A DNA stretch of 64,000 nt, from contig NIVC01001649.1 of the NCBI GenBank assembly GCA_002269645.1, forward strand, positions 1 through 64,000, in the 5' to 3' direction. The translations under genes were made by a program, and so were the position numbers. Below are positions 60,963 through 64,000 of this stretch, piece by piece (positions within the stretch are counted from its first letter, which is position 1; every line of letters begins with the position of its first letter). The notes beneath the pieces are model-generated. The model worked only from the letters and a program-made list of their open reading frames with translations, had not been told where the DNA came from and did no database searches. The stretch comes from Macrostomum lignano. Lineage: Eukaryota.

Positions 60963-61751
60963 TGAATGTTACTGTGTAGTGAGGTTTGTATTCAGCTTGA
61001 AGGCAAATTTCGACTGCTCGTTTTCCAATCCAGTTGACCCAAAAGTCCCTGGTCAAAGCCGTCAGTCTAGGCGTCTTCGTTGCTTAGCGATTGCAATGCA
61101 GATTTCATGGTTTCATGGCGCGGGCAGCGGCAGGCGATGTCTATCCAGTATTATATTTAGTATTGATGCCCCGGCGGTGTTGAAGTGGATGCCGAATGCG
61201 TGACATGCATGCTCTGAGCCTGGCATGTCCGTCCCTCCCAGCTTGATTGCAAATTGGATTTCTTGACTCATGGACTTTCTAGACTGTGAGTAAAATGATT
61301 ATTTCGATGCACTGTAATTTTGTTATATTAGGTATAAATTGAATAACAGCAGCTATGTACGGTTGGCTGGGCAAGTATGCATACTTGCTACTAAGGCAAC
61401 TAAGAGTGAGAGACTGGGAGGCAGATGTGGCCGGCTAAATTCTCCACTGTCATTTATCGCAGCCATAAACTGCGCCAAGATGTTTGCTTTCATGTACAGC
61501 GGAGCGCAGGGAGTCGGATTGGAGGGTGAGAGGGCGCGCAGCTCTGCCGGAGTGCTCCGGCATCCGGTCGAGGTACGTCTGGAGGGGGTGGGGTGGGTGC
61601 CAGTCGAATTATGGCTCGAATGTTTTCTAGAATTCATCAGCATTAGAAGGCCTGTCAGAGTCGGGGACGTCGTCTAGATCTGCTCTGGATTGGAAGTTTG
61701 GGAGGACCGGATGAGCGCGCATGAGTGTTTTTTGACAAGTGTGTAAATAAG

Positions 61752-61930
61752 CGCGCGCTTGTGCCAGTACGCGCTTATGAAACTGCGCGCTTGTGCCAGT
61801 ACGCGCTTATGAAACTGCGCGCTTGTGCCAGTACGCGCTTATGAAACTGCGCGCTTGTGCCAGTACGCGCTTATGAAACTGCGCGCTTGTGCCAGTGCCC
61901 GCTTATGAAACTGCGCGCTTGTGCCAGTAA
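61752..61930. repeat. 32-bp CpG-rich repeat GCGCGCTTGTGCCAGTACGCGCTTATGAAACT (about 5.5 copies)
   Basis: Tandem copies. Confidence 0.95.
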
Positions 61931-62429
61931 GCGCCTGAAGGATTGACACACAGCTGCTTTTCTCTTCGCTTTAGAGCGATTCCTCACTTTAATCAAAAGA
62001 AGAGAGAACGTCAATCTCACTTGTTTAAAGATTCGGGCAAAATTTGTTCCTGAGATGGGTTAGATGCTTCCTGATTTGATTGACAGCTGCTGTTTTTATT
62101 GAAGGCCTTTTTAACAGTCATCCTACCTTCCCACTTTTATTTCATTTCAATTCCACGATTCTCTTCATTCCATGGGGAGCTGGAAGAGATTTTGAAACAA
62201 AAATTAACGCAAATTTTAAAGCAAGCAGATCTGCAGAATTTATTCACTGCAGACGGCAATAATGATAAAGCCAACAAGATTGTCTCATTGTTTGCTTGTC
62301 AATCTAAAAAAACTGATTACGGAGATTGGTTTTTCCTGGTGAGTGTACTCAGTTTTAAAGCAGTTTCTCTTCATCACAGCCTGTCATTTGGCTGGAATTG
62401 TTTTCTGGCTTGAGTCTTTACTCATCAGG

Positions 62430-64000
62430 GGTAGCGGTAAAGAATCAGAGGGTAGCGGGGAAGAATCAGAGGTTGCGGGGAAGAATCAGGGGGTAGCGGG
62501 GAAGAATCAGGGGGTAGCGGGGAAGAATCAGAGGGTAGCGGGGAAGAATCAGGGGGTAGCGGAGAAGAATCAGAGGGTAGCGGAGAAGAATCAGAGGGTA
62601 GCGGAGAAGAATCAGAGGGTAGCGGAGAAGAATCAGAGGGTAGCGGGGAAGAATCAGGGGGACGCAGTGAAGAATCAGAGGAGCGGAGAAGAATCAGGGG
62701 GTAGCGGGGAAGAATCAGAGGGTAGCGGAGAAGAATCAGAGGGTAGCGGAGAAGAATCAGAGGGTAGCGGAGAAGAATCAGGGGGTAGCGGGGAAGAATC
62801 AGGGGGTAGCGGAGAAGAATCAGAGGGTAGCGGGGAAGAATCAGAGGGTAGCGGGGAAGAATCAGGGGGTAGCGGAGAAGAATCAGAGGGTAGCGGAGAA
62901 GAATCAGAGGGTAGCGGAGAAGAATCAGAGGGTAGCGGGGAAGAATCGGGGGGTCGCAGTGAAGAATCAGAGGGTAGCGGAGAAGAATCAGGGGGTAGCG
63001 GGGAAGAATCAGAGGGTAGCGGAGAAGAATCAGAGGGTAGCGGAGAAGAATCAGAGGGTAGCGGAGAAGAATCAGGGGGTAGCGGGGAAGAATCAGAGGG
63101 TAGCGGAAAAGAATCAGAGGGTAGCGGAGAAGAATCAGGGGGTAGCGGGGAAGAATCAGAGGGTAGCGGGGAAGAATCAGGGGGTAGCGGAGAAGAATCA
63201 GAGGGTAGCGGAGAAGAATCAGAGGGTAGCGGAGAAGAATCAGAGGGTAGCGGAGAAGAATCAGGGGGACGCAGTGAAGAATCAGAGGAGCGGAGAAGAA
63301 TCAGGGGGTAGCGGGGAAGAATCAGAGGGTAGCGGAAAAGAATCAGAGGGTAGCGGAGAAGAATCAGAGGGTAGCGGAGAAGAATCAGGGGGTAGCGGGG
63401 AAGAATCAGGGGGTAGCGGAGAAGAATCAGAGGGTAGCGGGGAAGAATCAGGGGGTAGCGGGGAAGAACCAGAGGGTAGCGGGGAAGAATCAGAGGGTAG
63501 CGGAGAGAAGAATCAGAGGGTAGCGGGGAAGAACCAGAGGGTAGCGGGGAAGAATCAGAGGGTAGCGGGGAAGAATCAGAGGGTAGCGGGGAAGAATCAG
63601 GGGGTAGCGGAGAAGAATCAGAGGGTAGCGGAGAAGAATCAGAGGGTAGCGGAGAAGAATCAGAGGGTAGCGGGGAAGAATCAGAGGGTAGCGGGGAAGA
63701 ATCGGGGGGTCGCAGTGAAGAATCAGAGGGTAGCGGAGAAGAATCAGGGGGTAGCGGGGAAGAATCAGAGGGTAGCGGAGAAGAATCAGAGGGTAGCGGA
63801 GAAGAATCAGAGGGTAGCGGAGAAGAATCAGGGGGTAGCGGGGAAGAATCAGAGGGTAGCGGAGAAGAATCAGAGGGTAGCGGAGAAGAATCAGGGGGTA
63901 GCGGGGAAGAATCAGAGGGTAGCGGAGAAGAATCAGAGGGTAGTGGGGAAGAATTAGAGGGTAGCGGGGAAGAATCAGGGGGTAGCGGGGAAGAATCAGG
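62430..64000. repeat. 21-bp minisatellite GG(A/G)GAAGAATCAG(A/G)GGGTAGC (about 75 copies, runs off the window)
   Basis: Tandem copies with occasional 20/22-bp units that shift the frame. Confidence 0.98.

Overview
Eukaryotic (metazoan) genomic DNA with GT-AG introns packed with locus-specific minisatellites. The style suggests a Macrostomum-like free-living flatworm, but that is inference. Three genes are clearly recognisable. (1) A Src42A/FRK-type Src-family tyrosine kinase on the minus strand (ATG 28009, five certain exons down to 9272), with a 1-nt frameshift at about 10333. (2) A complete 5-exon Golgi alpha-mannosidase II (GH38) on the minus strand (40138-33333, 1149 aa). (3) The FERM-domain 5' part of a FARP1/2 (Cdep)-like gene on the plus strand (ATG 43564, 7 exons to 55980, continuing beyond). 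A fourth, unrecognised 4-exon minus-strand gene of about 113 aa can be assembled between them (30737-29199). Nearly all long ORFs in the supplied track are read-throughs of tandem repeats, not genes. The most interesting signals are: several intronic arrays whose unit is a sense-strand splice-site consensus (CAG|GT); two related 23-bp arrays in inverted orientation bracketing one in-frame mannosidase exon; a possible hydrophobic tail-anchor exon on the Src kinase; and the hidden small gene. No rRNA, tRNA, CRISPR array or intact mobile element is supportable.
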